Part shown: piece by piece, positions 24,028 to 37,112 of the stretch | Position numbering within the stretch: position 1 is the first letter of the stretch | Layout: every line of letters starts with the position of its first letter | From: Malacoraja senta | Lineage: Eukaryota | Assembly: GCA_038087875.1 (NCBI GenBank) | Contig: CM075978.1 | Span: forward strand, 175,150,001 to 175,214,000 | Reading direction: 5' to 3' | Length of the DNA stretch: 64,000 bases | Made by a program: the position numbers and the translations under genes | The notes under the pieces: model-generated | Database searches by the model: none | The model's input: only the letters and a program-made list of their open reading frames with translations | Told to the model about the DNA's origin: nothing

Positions 24028-26096
24028 ATTCTAAGGGGAGTATGAGGCAACCGTGGCAGACAAGAGAAGTTAGGGATATAATAACATTAAAAGAAAAGAT
24101 GTATAACACAGCAAAGAGTAGTCGGAAGCCAGAGGATTGGGAAACTTTCATAGGACAACAGAAGGAAACAAAACGGGCAATACGGGCTGAAATGGTGAAG
24201 TACGGGGGGAAGCTGGCCAGGAATATAAAGAAGGACAGTAACAGCTTCTTTAGATATGTTAAGGAAAAAAGAGTAGCAAAATCAGATGTAGGTCCCTTGA
24301 AGGCAGACACGGGCGAAATTATTATGGGGAAGAAGGAAATGGCAGAGGAGTTGAACAGGTACTTTGAATCTGTCTTCACTAACGAAGACACCAACAATCT
24401 CCCGGAAGTACTGGAGGATAGAGGATCAAAGGGGGTAGAGGAACTGAAAGAAATGATCATTAGGTGAGAAATAGTATTGGGTAGGCTAATGGGATTGAAG
24501 GATGATAAATCCCCTGGGCCCGATGATCTGCATCCCAGGGTCCTCAGGAAGGTGGCTCTAGAAATAGTGGTCGCACTGGTGATCATTTTCCAATGTTCAA
24601 TAGATTCAGGATCAGTTCCTGTGGAATGGAGGATAGCTAATGTTATCCCAATTTTCAAGAAAGGAGCGAGAGAGAAAACGTGGAATTACAGACCAGTTAG
24701 CCTGACTTCGGTGGTGGGAAAGATGCTGGAGTCAATCAATAAAGCGGTAATAATGGGGCATTTGGATAGCAGTAAAAGGATTAGTCCAAGTCAGCATGGA
24801 TTTATGAAAGGAAAATCATGCTTGACTAATCTTCTGGAATTTTTTGAGGATGTGACAAGCAGAATGGATGAAGGGGAGCCAGTGGATGTAGTGTGTCTAG
24901 ACTTTCAGTACGCCTTTGATAAGGTCCCGCACGGGAGACTGGTGACTAAAATTAGAGCACATGATATTGGGGGTAGGGTGTTGACGTGGATAGAACATTG
25001 GTTGGTAGACAGGAAGCAAAGTGTAGGAGTGAACGGGTCCTTTTCAGAATGGCAGGCAGTGGCGAGTGGAGTGCCGCAATGCTCGGTGTTGGGGCCGCAA
25101 CTGTTTACGATATATTAATGATTTGGAAAAGGGAATTAGGACCAACACCAGCAAGTTTGCAGATGACACAAAGCTGGGTGGCAGTGTGAACTGTGAAGAG
25201 GATGTTAGGACGTTGCAGGATGACCTGGACAGGTTGGGTGTGTGGGCAGATGCGTGACAGATGCAGTATAATATAGATAAATGTGAGGTTACCCACTTTG
25301 TGGCAAAAACAAGGGGACAGATTATTATCTCAATGGGTTAGGTTAGGTAAGGGGGGGTACAGCGAGACCTGGGTGTCCTTGTACACTGGTCACTGAAAGG
25401 TGGCGTGCAGGTACAGCAGGCAGTGAAGAAAACGAATGGAATGTTGTCCTTCATAACAAGAGGATTTCAGTATAGGAGTAGAGAGATTCTTCTGCAGTTG
25501 TATAGGGCTCTGGTAAGACCACATCTGGAGTATTGTGTACAGTTTTCGTCTCCTAATTTGAGGAATGACATCCTTCTGATTGAGGCAGTGCAGCGTAGGT
25601 TCACGAGATTGATCCCTGGGATGGCGGGACTGTCATATGAGGAAAGATTGAAAAGACTAGGCTTCTATTCACTGGGGTTTAGAAGGATGAGGGGAGATCT
25701 TATAAAAACATATAAAATTATAAAAAAGACTGGACAAGCTAGATGCAGGCAAAATATTCCCAATGTTGGGCGAGTCCAGAACCAGGGGCCACAGTCTTAA
25801 AAAAAAGGGGAGGCCATTTAAGATTTAGGAGAGAAAAAACGTTTTCAGCCAGAGAGTTGTGAATTTGTGGAATTCCCTGCAACAGAGAGCAGTGGAGGCC
25901 AAATCACTGGATGGATTTAAGAGAGAGTTAGATAGAGCTCTAGGGGCTGGTGGAATCAAGGGGTATGGGGAGAAGGCAGGCACGGGTTATTGATTGGGGA
26001 CAATCAGCCATGATCACAATGAATGGCGGAGTTGGCTCGAAGGGCCGAATGGCCTCCTACACCTATTTTCTATGTTTCTATGTTTCTATGTTTCTA
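24028..26096 (+). mobile_element. 5'-truncated, disabled CR1 LINE (same subfamily as 1-1871)
   Basis: ORF fragments 24042-24467, 24477-25118 and 25405-25800; (TATGTTTC)n tail. Confidence 0.95.
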
Positions 26097-29000
26097 ATGT
26101 ATTGTTAATTTTATGCGCCCATCATCTGGAATTTATCCCATTATCTTCATTCATTCAACTGCCAGTTTTCATCCAATTTTCTGAAATTGGTGAATTCGTT
26201 GTTCAGGTCTAAAGTTTTAGTGCATGCAGTGGGAAGATATTTCATAACGTTTTTGTGTGACTTCGTTGAGGTAGGACGAGATTCGAAAGAAAGTAAATTG
26301 AAAATCTAAGATGGATTAGGATTTGAGGTGACTGGGAACTGGAAATTGAGTTAACATCTTCATATTGACAGTTTTAGTTTTTGAGATATCGCGTGCAAAC
26401 GGAGCCTTCAGCCCACCGAGTCGACGTTGATCATCGATCACCGGCATATAGTTCTCTGTTGGAACACTTTTTCTTTCACTTCCTGCATTGGCGACAATTT
26501 ACAGAAGTCAATTAGCCTACAAACCTTCACATCCAAAGGATGTGCGAGGAGACCATATCACTCGAAGAACACCAACATTAAGATCGTACAAATTCCGCAC
26601 AGACAGCATCCCTGGTTAGGATCAAACCCGTGTCTCTCGCGTTGTGAGGCAGCAGCTCTACCGCTGCACCACTGTGCTGCCGCAGCTCTCGTTTGCATTT
26701 GGTATTTCCCTAGTAAAATAGACCGCACCGAATATATTAATTGAAATCGGAAATGGCCAACTCTGGCGGGAGTGCGCAGGTCCACGGATGGTGTTAATGG
26801 AAGTTTTGAAAGGGCAAACATTATATTATCTATCGCTGAATGCGAAGGTATGGTGAGAAGGCAACTAGGTGTACAGGAGAGTGAAGGTGGTTTGTGGTGA
26901 AATAATGCCTTTGCGATTAAAGAAAGTAGAGGGAGAACAGTTGTCAGCTGGTGCCATAACCCCGATGGTCGCTTAAAATACATAGCATGATTCCGTGAGA
27001 ATAGAGGGTAGTAGGATGGAAGATTACAAGAATAATCACAGGAATGAGTAGGTTAACCTATGATGAGCGTTTGATCGCTGGAGTTTAGAAGAATGAAGGG
27101 GGAACTCATTGAAGCATACAGAATAGTGAAAGTGTCGTGAGTGCACGTGGAGAGGATGTTTCCCCCAGCGGGAGAGTATAGGACTAGAGGTCATAGGCTC
27201 AGAAGTAAATTTTAAAAAAGGCCGTGGAGGCCGTCAGTGGATATTTTTTAGGCAGAGATAGATAGATTCTTGGTTGGTGCAGGTGTCAGACGCTATGAGG
27301 AGAAGGCAGTAGTATGGGGTTAGAAGGGAGAGATAGATCAGCCACGATTGAATGGCGGGTGATTATGATAGTTCGAATGGCCTAATTCTAATCCTATCCC
27401 CCAAGACCTATCCTGTTTGCTGCTACAGAGAACCCTGGAGCACCAGGAGAAAACCCACATGATTTCACCGATATGCAAACTCCACATAGACCGAGCCCAA
27501 GTTAGAATTGAACCTGTATATCTGGTGTTGTGAAACAGTAGCTCTACTAGATGTGTCGCTGTTGACCCCAAGGTGGTGATTGCCCTTCTCAATGAACACA
27601 AGGCCTGTTAAATCATCCTACTGAATGTTTCTCTGCCTCGGACTTGCTAAATGGCACTCATTGTTTTATTGGTCTGAGAGTTTCAGGTTAACAATTGAAA
27701 TAATGGGACTTTTTTCGAACTCATTACTAATGCTTGCAACACTTAAAATTACTTAAGATTACTTACAGATTATCGGTGAATCTGTGGGATTATTTGTAGA
27801 GAAGGCTGTGGAGGCCGCCAGTGGCTATTTTAAAGGCAGAGATAAATAGATTTTCGATTAATACAGGTGACAGAGGTTAAGGAGAATAGGAAGGAGAATG
27901 GGGTTCGGAGGGAGAGATAGTTCAGCCATGGTTGAATGGCGGAGTAGACTTGATGGACCGAATGGCAATTCTACTATTACTTATGACCCAATGACCTTAT
28001 GGACAAGAAAAAAGCTCTTCTTGTTCAAGGTGGGTGTCGGAACAAGATTTCAGAGCAGCAGACTGATAAATTGAGCATGCATGGTTGAGGACCAAACTAT
28101 GATGGAGGCAAATATTTTGAGGTAAAGGGTGCTGATAGAAACAGCAATACAGAATGTCCGATTATCAGAAAATGTCAAACAATGTCTCAGAAAACACATA
28201 TAGATAATGGAGGCCGTTCACCTGGCTGAGTCGGAGGAAATGCGCTGGAGATAACTGTGCGGGTACGCGGGCTTTTTACAGGGATTAATAGCACCCCCCC
28301 TACCCCCCACCACCCCCACCCCCCCCCCTCCCTCCACCCCCTCCCCCCCAGATAAGTGTGGAAAATTTGAGATTGCAAAATGGAAAGCTAATGTAGAGGG
28401 AGCATTGTAAAGATTGGGCGAAACTTATTTGCCCAATCTTGCACTGGACGTACTTCCTATCCAAACGCAATGGCACAATCTCCTTGCTTTTACGTTAGTT
28501 CTTTCTTGATAAATAATAAGGATGCAATTAACTATGTGCCTGCCTTAACTTTAGTTACCATTATATAATACTCTCGATAGGTACCCCCCATTGTATATTT
28601 TGTTATTTTGTTTTTATAAATGCAATCGTCGATTCTTGGTAGTCTCTTCATCGTTTGGGGGTTCATAAGGTACAAACGTTGAATATCAATTTTCCACTTC
28701 CCCGCTATTATGAATAATAAGCTCAATCGCCGCTACGGAGACTGTATACTTTTCTCCAGACCCAAAACCAATGGTTCGAGTGTTTTATGTGGTTAAATGA
28801 AGAAAGGTCCTTGGGTTCAGCTAGTCCCTAATTGTACGAAATCTACAGTCGTCCCATTTCATTCCCTACACAGCCCCATCAACTCCCCACAAAATGATTT
28901 TCGCATTATTGACGAATATAGACACAAAATACTGGAGTAGCTGAACGGGACAGGCAGCATCATTGGAGAGAAGGAATGGGCGACGTTTCGGATCGAGACC

Positions 29001-30553
29001 CTTCTTCAAACTTAATGACTATGTATATAGACGTGTAACATTTCGATGGCCAATTAACCAACAATCTTGCAAGTCGTTGAGATTTGGGAAGATGTTAGAG
29101 TACCCTAAGAAAGTCACGTGATCACCGTGGGAATATAAAAACTCCAGAGAACACTGGAGGCTAGAATTGATCCAGGGTCTCTGCAGATGTGAAACAGCAG
29201 ATTTACTAACTGCGAAGATGTGCCAGGAGTGGATCCAGAGTGTCACTTTCTCGGGATGGTATAACGTGACTAACGTCTATATTGTTCAAACCATTTTGAA
29301 AGCTGGGATAGTGCACGTGTAACATTTCGATGGTGAATCAATGATTGGTTCGCCAAACCCTCTCAGAGATATATCACAACTCAGAATACTTCTGATCTCG
29401 TGTTGATAAATGAATCCTATCGACTGCAGTTATCTTTCCAAAATTGTAACAGTCAGTCTATAGTTCAATTAAATAGCCTTTACGACATCAAAGGTCCCAA
29501 CACGAAGAAGACACAGAACCGAAACGTAGAATAATTTATTTTTCCGAATACAAAGTACATTACAGATCGTGCGCGAGAAATCTTGTTTTTTATGCCCACT
29601 GGAATTAATTTTTGGTGTTTTCACTCCAGGTATTTCGTTTCCTTAAAGTTTATATTTTGATTGCCGGAAAGTTGGAGGATTCCTCCCTGTCACCAGTGAC
29701 ACGGCGGAACGAGGAGATGGGGTGACAAGCGCATCCGTGCAATGTCAAAATAGTATGTAGACATCAAATATGAAAGAGAAACAAAGGAAAATGTTTGAGA
29801 TTCGCAACTATCAGACAGTATATATGAAGAGTAAAACAAAGCTCAGTCCTCTTTAAATGCTACTGATCGATTTTAAAAAAATTAGAATTAAGGATGAAGT
29901 TTCAGGTACTTGGATGCACATGATAAAATATGCAGACGTCAGCATGATTGTGTTAACGGGGGATCTTGCCTGACAAATCTTTGGGGGGGTTTTGGGGAGA
30001 TAACAAGCGGGATGGACGAGAGAGAGTCAATGAGCGTCGTTTACTTGGAATTTAAGTAGGCCTTTGATAAGGTGCCCAATGTGAGGCAGCTAAACAAAAT
30101 AGAAGCGCTTGGCATTAGGGGCAAGGAATTAGCACGGATTGAAGATTGGCTGGCTGGCAGAAGGCAATCCATGTCAATAATGGGGCCTTTTGTGGTTGGC
30201 TACGTTTTAATAGTGGTATTCTGCAGGGGTCGGTGTTGAGTCTGCTACATTTTACATTATATGTTAATTGTCTGGATGATGAAATTGATGGCTTTGTCGG
30301 CAGGTTTTCCGATGATATGAAGATAGGTGCAGATAGTGTTGAAGAAGCAGGGAGTCTGCAGAAGGACTTGGACAGCTTGGAAGCGTGGGTGGAAACAAGT
30401 GGCAGATGGAATACTGTGTAGCAAAGTCATGCATTTGAGAGAAGAGAGAAAATGTAGAATCCATCCTGTAATTCCCTGCTTCGTGTAATCTGATTATTAA
30501 ATGAAGTCAACCTCTCTGAAAAATTCTAATATTCAGCTTTCATTTCCCTTTAG

Positions 30554-30665
30554 GAACAAGCGTTAAACTCATCTGCTTTCGGGCGGGTGGATTTGCCATA
30601 TGCGTTTTAATTATTCTAGCGCTGGTATTTTTTTGTCAGGCGGTACGAATTAGACAGTACTGAAG
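30554..30665 (+). CDS. Gene A exon 4: transmembrane exon with Arg (TSVKLICFRAGGFAICVLIILALVFF); contains an apparent +1 T frameshift
   Basis: Strong acceptor tttcatttccctttag| and donor AG|GTAAGA. As written it stops at 30663; with one T fewer in 30628-30634 it reads VRRYELDSTE through to a phase-1 donor. Confidence 0.88.
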
Positions 30666-31592
30666 GTAAGATGCGACTTTACCCTTGTCTGAAATTAGTG
30701 ACATAAGGAACTGCAGATGAAAAACGCAGTGCTGGAATAATTCGGCTATATATGTAGCATCTGGAGAGGCAATGGATAGGGGGTTTGGGTTTGAGTCACA
30801 TGTAAAGAAGGGTCCCGACCCGAAACTTCATCTATCGATGATCCCCGTAGACGATGCCTAACCCGCTGAATGACTACAACACTTCGTGTTTTCTCCGATA
30901 ATAGCAATGTTCAATTGAAGGAGCAAGGAGATGAGCTCATGTAACAAATAAAACAACAGGGCCTTTTTCTCCGGCCGTAGCATTATGTGGATAACAACAT
31001 TGTAACCCGTTTAAGCCGTTGGCTGTAAAAGCATTGTTATCGTTTGTAATACAAGATAGCGCTGTAAACACTATGTGAAATGCTGCAGAGGTCGGGTTGT
31101 TTAAATAAGGGCAGTTATCACAGGAAAGCGTACTCAAACCAGAGGTTTTGAACTTTCCGCGTGCATTTCCTCAGCAGTAGGACTAACGAGGAGAGGATTT
31201 GTTCAAATAACAAGAATAGCATGACCGCAATGATGACATTCTGCAGCCGAACGATTCTGGTCACAACTAGATTCTCAACTGATTATCGGCCGGCAGGTTG
31301 TGACATGTTGATAATTCAATTTGGTCGTTTATGTTCTCTGCTAGCCCCAGAAAATATTGAGGACATAACCCACTACTTTCAAAACAAGTGATTTTCTTGA
31401 TGGTATTACAAGATATAACCTGTCGTATCATGTTCTGCAAATGGACGCCCGTAATTATAATCACATTAATGGGCGAACAGGATGGTTCCATTTTACGTGG
31501 AACTCTCTATGTGCCTCGTTTGCAATTTTCCTTATCCTCTCGTATTCTTATGATTTAGTCCATGATCGTCAGCGACGTGCGCTTGCAAAATA

Positions 31593-32120
31593 GGTGCAGT
31601 AGTAGGCCATTTGACCCTTCGAGCCAGCACCGTATTTTAATATGATCATGGCTCATCATCCAGAATCAGTACCCTGTACCTGCTTTCTCCCCATATCCCT
31701 AGATCCTAGAGCTAAATCCAACTCTCTCTTGAATACATCCAGTGAATTCGCCCCAACTGTTTTTCTGTGGCAGATAATTCCACAGATTCACAACTCTCTG
31801 GGTGAAAACGTTTTTCCTCATCTCAGTCCTAAATGGCCTACCCCTTATTATTAAACTATGACCCTTGGTTCTGGACTTCCCCAACACGGGGAACATTTTC
31901 CTGCATCTAGCCTGTCCAATCCCTTAATAGTTTTATATGTTTTTATGATAACCTCTCATCCTTCTAAATTCCAGTAAATACAAGCCCAGTCGATCCATTC
32001 TTTCATCATATGTCAGTCACGCCATCCCGGAAATTAAACTGGTGAACCTCCGCTGCACTCTCACAATAGCAAGAATGTCCTTCCTCAAACTAGGACACCT
32101 AATACCTGCATGCTTACTTT
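31593..32120 (-). mobile_element. CR1 3' fragment
   Basis: Minus ORF 31699-31896 (SRTKGHSLIIRGRPFRTEMRKNVFTQRVVNLWN). Confidence 0.85.
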
Positions 32121-32338
32121 CAGTCTATGTCTAAGAAAGAACTGTGGATGCTGGTAAAATCGAAGGTAGTCACAAAAGCTAGATAAACTCAGCGGGTGAG
32201 GCAGCATCTATGAAGAGAAGCAATATGCGACGTTTCGGGTCGAGACCCTTCTTCAGACTGATCATACTGAAGAAGGGCCTCGACCCGAAACGCCGCCTAT
32301 TCTCTACCTTCAGTTTATGTCTAATCCGTCTGCGTCAG

Positions 32339-32448
32339 GCGAAGCATCCGTGAAGCATCATCACCGAGGCCCATCCTGTTCCAATTCTGAGCCCAGAAAT
32401 CGCGCCACCTGGATATTTTCCCAGAAGTTATCTTCCAACAAACTTTCG
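32339..32448 (+). CDS. Gene A exon 5 (predicted): cytoplasmic linker GEASVKHHHRGPSCSNSEPRNRATWIFSQKLSSNKLS
   Basis: Branch-like CTAAT then gcgtcag|; donor TCG|GTCAGT; open, and phase 1 to 0 as required between exons 4 and 6. Confidence 0.6.
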
Positions 32449-32679
32449 GTCAGTGTTCTGCACCATGCGTTTCACGATTTGGCTAATAGTCACTAATTAT
32501 TCAGGAAAACCAATTAGATACGAGTTGCTTCAATTACTTTTTAGGAATCTTATCACAGGGAAGTAGCCATATATAGCGTATAGCATACCCAACTTTCACC
32601 CCATTGTTTTATGTTTGCTCGTCTTCGCAATTGTATGTAAATGCTGAGTTTATTTCCCTTCAAATAAATGTTCCCTCAG

Positions 32680-32775
32680 AATCCAACGTACGCAGATTTG
32701 AACTTCAGCAGACAGAAGAAAACTGAGAAAAACAGACGGGACGAAAAACAAACTGGCTATGCTCAGGTCAGATAA
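32680..32775 (+). CDS. Gene A exon 6: terminal cytoplasmic exon NPTYADLNFSRQKKTEKNRRDEKQTGYAQVR*
   Basis: Acceptor gttccctcag|, phase 0; two tyrosine motifs (PTYADL, TGYAQV); AATAAA at 32881-32886. Confidence 0.8.
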   Translation, partial: NPTYADLNFSRQKKTEKNRRDEKQTGYAQVR

Positions 32776-33419
32776 AAGCGGAAGGGTGCTCCAAGGAAAA
32801 TTCGCGTACGTCGCCCATATAGGCGAATCGGCAGCTAATGGTCTTTGATTATTTTTCGATAGGTCAAAGAAGTGTCTGAAAATAAACTGACCTACGCAAC
32901 TCTGGATCTCATCGCTTCTCCGAAAGATCCAAGAACGGAGAAGAATAATGTAACAGAATATGCAGGAATGAAGATTTTAAAATGGCTGCGAAATCATCAA
33001 ACGTTCATTAGAGGTCATCCAATTTAAATTACATAAACCTGACTAACATTGTGTCACAGATCGCACAGATACATTAGCATTTACAAGAGAATCAGCAGTG
33101 AGCAGGGGATTTTAATGAGATGTTCTTCTCTGATAAACGTTACTCTCGTTAACGTCGATAGAAATACGATTAATTATCAGACTCTCGTCGCAATTCCTAG
33201 CTAACCACATAAGACCCTTATCTATCCACTTTTAGCCCATCTAAGTGCTTGTGGAAATGCCAGCTAAAGGGTGTGTATGTGTCTGCCTCCACCAACTCCT
33301 TGCCAGCTCGCCCATGGTAGTCACCATATTGTGCGTACATAATTATCTCACTCTATTCCACTCATCTCATCTGAAGCATACGCTCATCAGTTAAATATTT
33401 CTCCACTATATTAAGACAA

Positions 33420-34013
33420 AGACTGAATATCTATCCTGCCTCTACACCCCATACTTTAAGAAAATTGAACAGGTGCACCGTAGAAAGCATCGTATCGGGA
33501 TGTATCCCAGCTGGTTTGGAAATAGCTCCATCCAAGACCGCAAGAAATTGCAGAGAAATGTGGAGCAGCCCAGACCATCACGCAAACCACCTCCCTGCCA
33601 TTGACACCATCTACATTCCACGCTGCCTCGCAAAGCCACCACCAATGATGGTCTCAACACGGACACTCCCTCCTCTCCTCTCTCCCATCAGTCAACGGGA
33701 TTACGAAAGTATGAAAACGCACAGTGCAGATTCAGTGACAGTTTCTTCCCAGCTGTTATCAGGCAACTGGACCATCCTACCACCAACTAGCGAGCGGTCT
33801 TGTGCTACTATCTGCCTCATTGGTGACCTTCGGATTATCTTTAATCGTACTTTACTGGACTTGCACTAAACTGTACTCCCTTTATCCTGTATCTGTACAC
33901 TGTTGTGGCTTGAATGTAATCATGTACAGTCTTTCCGCTGATTGGATAGCCCACGACAGAAAAGATTTTCACTGTACCTCGGTACACGTGACAATAAACT
34001 AAATTAAAATAAG
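33420..34013 (+). mobile_element. Degenerate Rex1/Babar-like LINE 3' fragment
   Basis: RCTVESI..GCI...LPAIDTIY..RCL; 3' end gtacacgtgacaataaac; a similar 3' UTR lies near 21870-22050. Confidence 0.7.
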
Positions 34014-34709
34014 CTAAACGTTCCGATGCGAATAAACCCATCACTCTTAACCTCTATTTATAACAGAGGTTATGTCTGGCGAATGGCTCCTGCACTCTCC
34101 TGATCCCTTTAAACATAATCATGCCATCGCCAAAGGTAAATCAGCTAAAGCCAGGCAGAGTCGTCAAATAGTTCCAATTGTGCGTTAGCCCTACTGTTCA
34201 TTACGTCGACGAAATTGAGTTATCATTAAACAAAGAAGATGATGTTTTTGGAATAAAATTGCCTCTTTAGATCTACCTTTACCTGTTGTCTTTCCACACA
34301 CCCGTCAATGCGCTCTGTTCCAAGCTGCTGTCATATTCCAAGACGCATTCAGGGTGCGTCTTTAAGTTCCGTCGATAACTGCCAATCTTTAGTAGGAAAA
34401 ATAGACGTAATCAATGAATGGAAAATAAAGAGGCCGTATTACAGATTCACAATTATACAGTCGGACACGAGAAGATCTTCATACAATGGAGACACAAGTG
34501 TCTGGAACCTTGAGCAAAAAATGGAGTGTCGGGGTATCTATTCCGCAGGCCAGACAGCTTATGTGAAAGGGAAGGGAAGACGGGCCCTTCTTCAGCTCTG
34601 CACATAAAATATCAAATTGCTCAAGTAGAATTATTTAACTTTATATTTTCATTTTGATATGCAGCTGAAGAATTAGAAATGTACATTCTTTGAAACCTGT
34701 CATAAGAGT

Positions 34710-34737
34710 CTGAAGAAGGGTCTCGACCCGAAACGTC
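34710..34737 (+). ncRNA. Candidate minimal type I hammerhead ribozyme core in a Penelope-derived unit (representative copy)
   Basis: CUGAAGA-A-GGGU(CUCG)ACCC-GAAAC-GUC; sister copies at 5241, 22375 and 60623 have GGGU(UUCG)GCCC. There is an extra A after the CUGANGA box and stem III is only a palindromic ACGU. Confidence 0.5.
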
Positions 34738-34923
34738 ACCCATTCCTTCTCTCCAGAGATGCTGCCTGTCCCGCTGAGTTACTCCAGCATTTTCTGCCAC
34801 GACTCTTGGTCTATCGTGCAGGGATTTTGCTAAATTGGTCCATTTTTATGTCATTAGTGTCACCTGCATAACCCATTTGTTCATGTTCCATTCCTCATTT
34901 CTCACGTTCAAGGCCTGCACAGT

Positions 34924-35527
34924 CAATAGACAATAGACAATAGGTGCAGGAGTGGGCCATTTGACCCTTCGAGCCACCGACATTCAATGTGATCATGGAT
35001 GATCATCCCCAATCAGTACCCCGTTCCTGTCTTCTCCCCATATCCCCTGACTCCGCTATTTTAAGAGCCCTATCTAGCTCTCTCTTGAAAGCATCCAGAG
35101 AACCTGCCTCCACCGCCCTCTGAGGCAGAGAATTCCACAGACTCACCACTCTCTGTGAGAAAAAGTGTTTCCTCGTCTCCGTTCTAAATGGCTTACTCCT
35201 TGTTCTTAAACTGTGCCCCCTGGTTCTGGACTCCCCCAACATCGGGAACATGTTTCCTGCCTCTAGCGTGTCCAAGCCCTTAATAATCTTATGTTTCAAT
35301 GAGATCTCCTCTCATCCTTCTAAACTCCAGAGTGTACAAGCCCAGCTGCTCCATTCTCTCAGCATATGACCGTCCCGCCATCCCGGGAATTAACCTTGTA
35401 AACCTACGCTGCACTCCCTCAATAGCAAGAATGTCCTTCCTCAAATTAGGGGACCAAAACTGCACACAATACCCCAGGTGTGATCTCACTAGGGCTCTGT
35501 ACAACGGCAGAAGGACATCTTTGCTCC
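34924..35527 (-). mobile_element. CR1 3' fragment with (CAATAGA)n tail
   Basis: Minus ORFs 35289-35504 and 35003-35299 encode the CR1 RT C-terminus. Confidence 0.9.
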
Positions 35528-37112
35528 AGTCAGAAGGCCAATTAATGGTATACTTTGAACGGAGGAAGTGCCATTATCCTCCATTATTACTGACAATTAA
35601 ACCACGTGAGGAGCATTATGTTCAATTCTGGTCGACAGGGTGGGTCTATTTACGCTGGTCATAGTGCAGAGGTGATTCAGTGGTCTGTTGCCTAAATTAG
35701 AACATTTTAGTTATGGGGTGAAATTTGATCGGATTGGAATGTATTCCTCGAGCCTACGAGGCAGAGTGATGAACTGCTGCACGTATGTCAAATTATTGGA
35801 GGCATAGACAGTGACGACAGTCAGTATCTTTTCCAATTCAAGTCATATAGGAATCAAGAAGGCAGAGACCATATGCAACACTCAATTGACGAGGAAACGC
35901 CGACATGTCCCGTAGTCAAAAGAAGTAACCGTTTTCGTATGTACCCGGCTTCTACTCGTGCCGATGAAGTCATTGACCCAAGACCAGCATGAGCGGTCTA
36001 ACTTGAAGAGTCTATTTTTAATTAGGAAGCATTTGAAACGTTTCATGTTCGATAATGTATGACCCCTGAGTAAAAAACATCTCCACGTCAGTTCAATGCA
36101 GATCCTTACGTTTGTTAATGGGCAAGGTGTATGATCTGAAAGATGAATCCTAATGGTAAATTTCATAACTGGAATTGTCAGTTGATTGGGTTCAAAGGAG
36201 CATTTATTTGAGTCAGTAATAGCTTGAAACAATCCACATTGTTTGCGGAATATCCGAGTAAATTTGTTTATTTTTAATCTATAAGGAATGCATGGATCCA
36301 TAAATAAACTGAACAAAATCCACCATATACCAGAGCACTTGAAAATATGACTGCCTCGTCACTAATATTCCTGCGAATTTTTCAGAGTACGGTAGATTAC
36401 AATTTACAGTTTGGTTTATGTTTCCTGTATTGATGTCCATTTCTTCTACCACGCGTTCAGGTCGACGATGTGTTGTCTGTAAAATAGTGTTTCATAAGTA
36501 AGATCGTCGTCAATTCATTTCACCTTTTGCTTTGACAGCTGTGTCTCAGTAACTACGCCACCAAAATAAATTCATGGATCCATAAATAAAGACAATGCAT
36601 TCCGTAACACTGAATTGAAAATAAATATCCTCTCTCAGCTCTCGAACAATTTATTGGTAAATTATCCTTGATCAGCTTGTATTCATCTTGTTTAATTCCT
36701 TTTATCTTCAAATTTTTCAGTATTTCGTGACTAAGAAATTATAAGATGTTTCAGCTTCTAGCCGTCTACCACTNNNNNNNNNNNNNNNNNNNNNNNNNNN
36801 NNNNNNNNNNNNNNNNNNNNNNNNNNNNNNNNNNNNNNNNNNNNNNNNNNNNNNNNNNNNNNNNNNNNNNNNNNNNNNNNNNNNNNNNNNNNNNNNNNNN
36901 NNNNNNNNNNNNNNNNNNNNNNNNNNNNNNNNNNNNNNNNNNNNNNNNNNNNNNNNNNNNNNNNNNNNNNNNNNNNNNATTTTCTCGAAAATCAGACGCA
37001 AAAACGCGGAGATTTTTACAATTTCTGTAAGGATTTAACTTACAATTTCATAAATGCACTCCTCTCTAGATTTGGTCAATTATATCCCCAGATTTTGAAT
37101 AAAATTGTTCAC

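Noticed and set aside
28532-28726. 64-aa minus ORF with tyrosines; the plus strand also has hydrophobic patches
   Set aside because: No convincing splice sites, and the plus-strand hydrophobic frame has an internal stop; a better TM exon exists at 30554.
31175-31224. Strong acceptor as an alternative gene A exon 5 (AVGLTRRGFVQITRIA*)
   Set aside because: It terminates without reaching the tyrosine-motif exon, whereas 32339-32448 fits the required phases. An alternative terminal exon cannot be excluded.
34283-34386. Open minus-strand exon-like segment (IGSYRRN...VLEYDSSL...) as a possible extension of gene B through a GC donor in exon 5
   Set aside because: Needs a non-canonical donor, a 10-kb intron and a further unidentified exon; gene B already has a stop and AATAAA.
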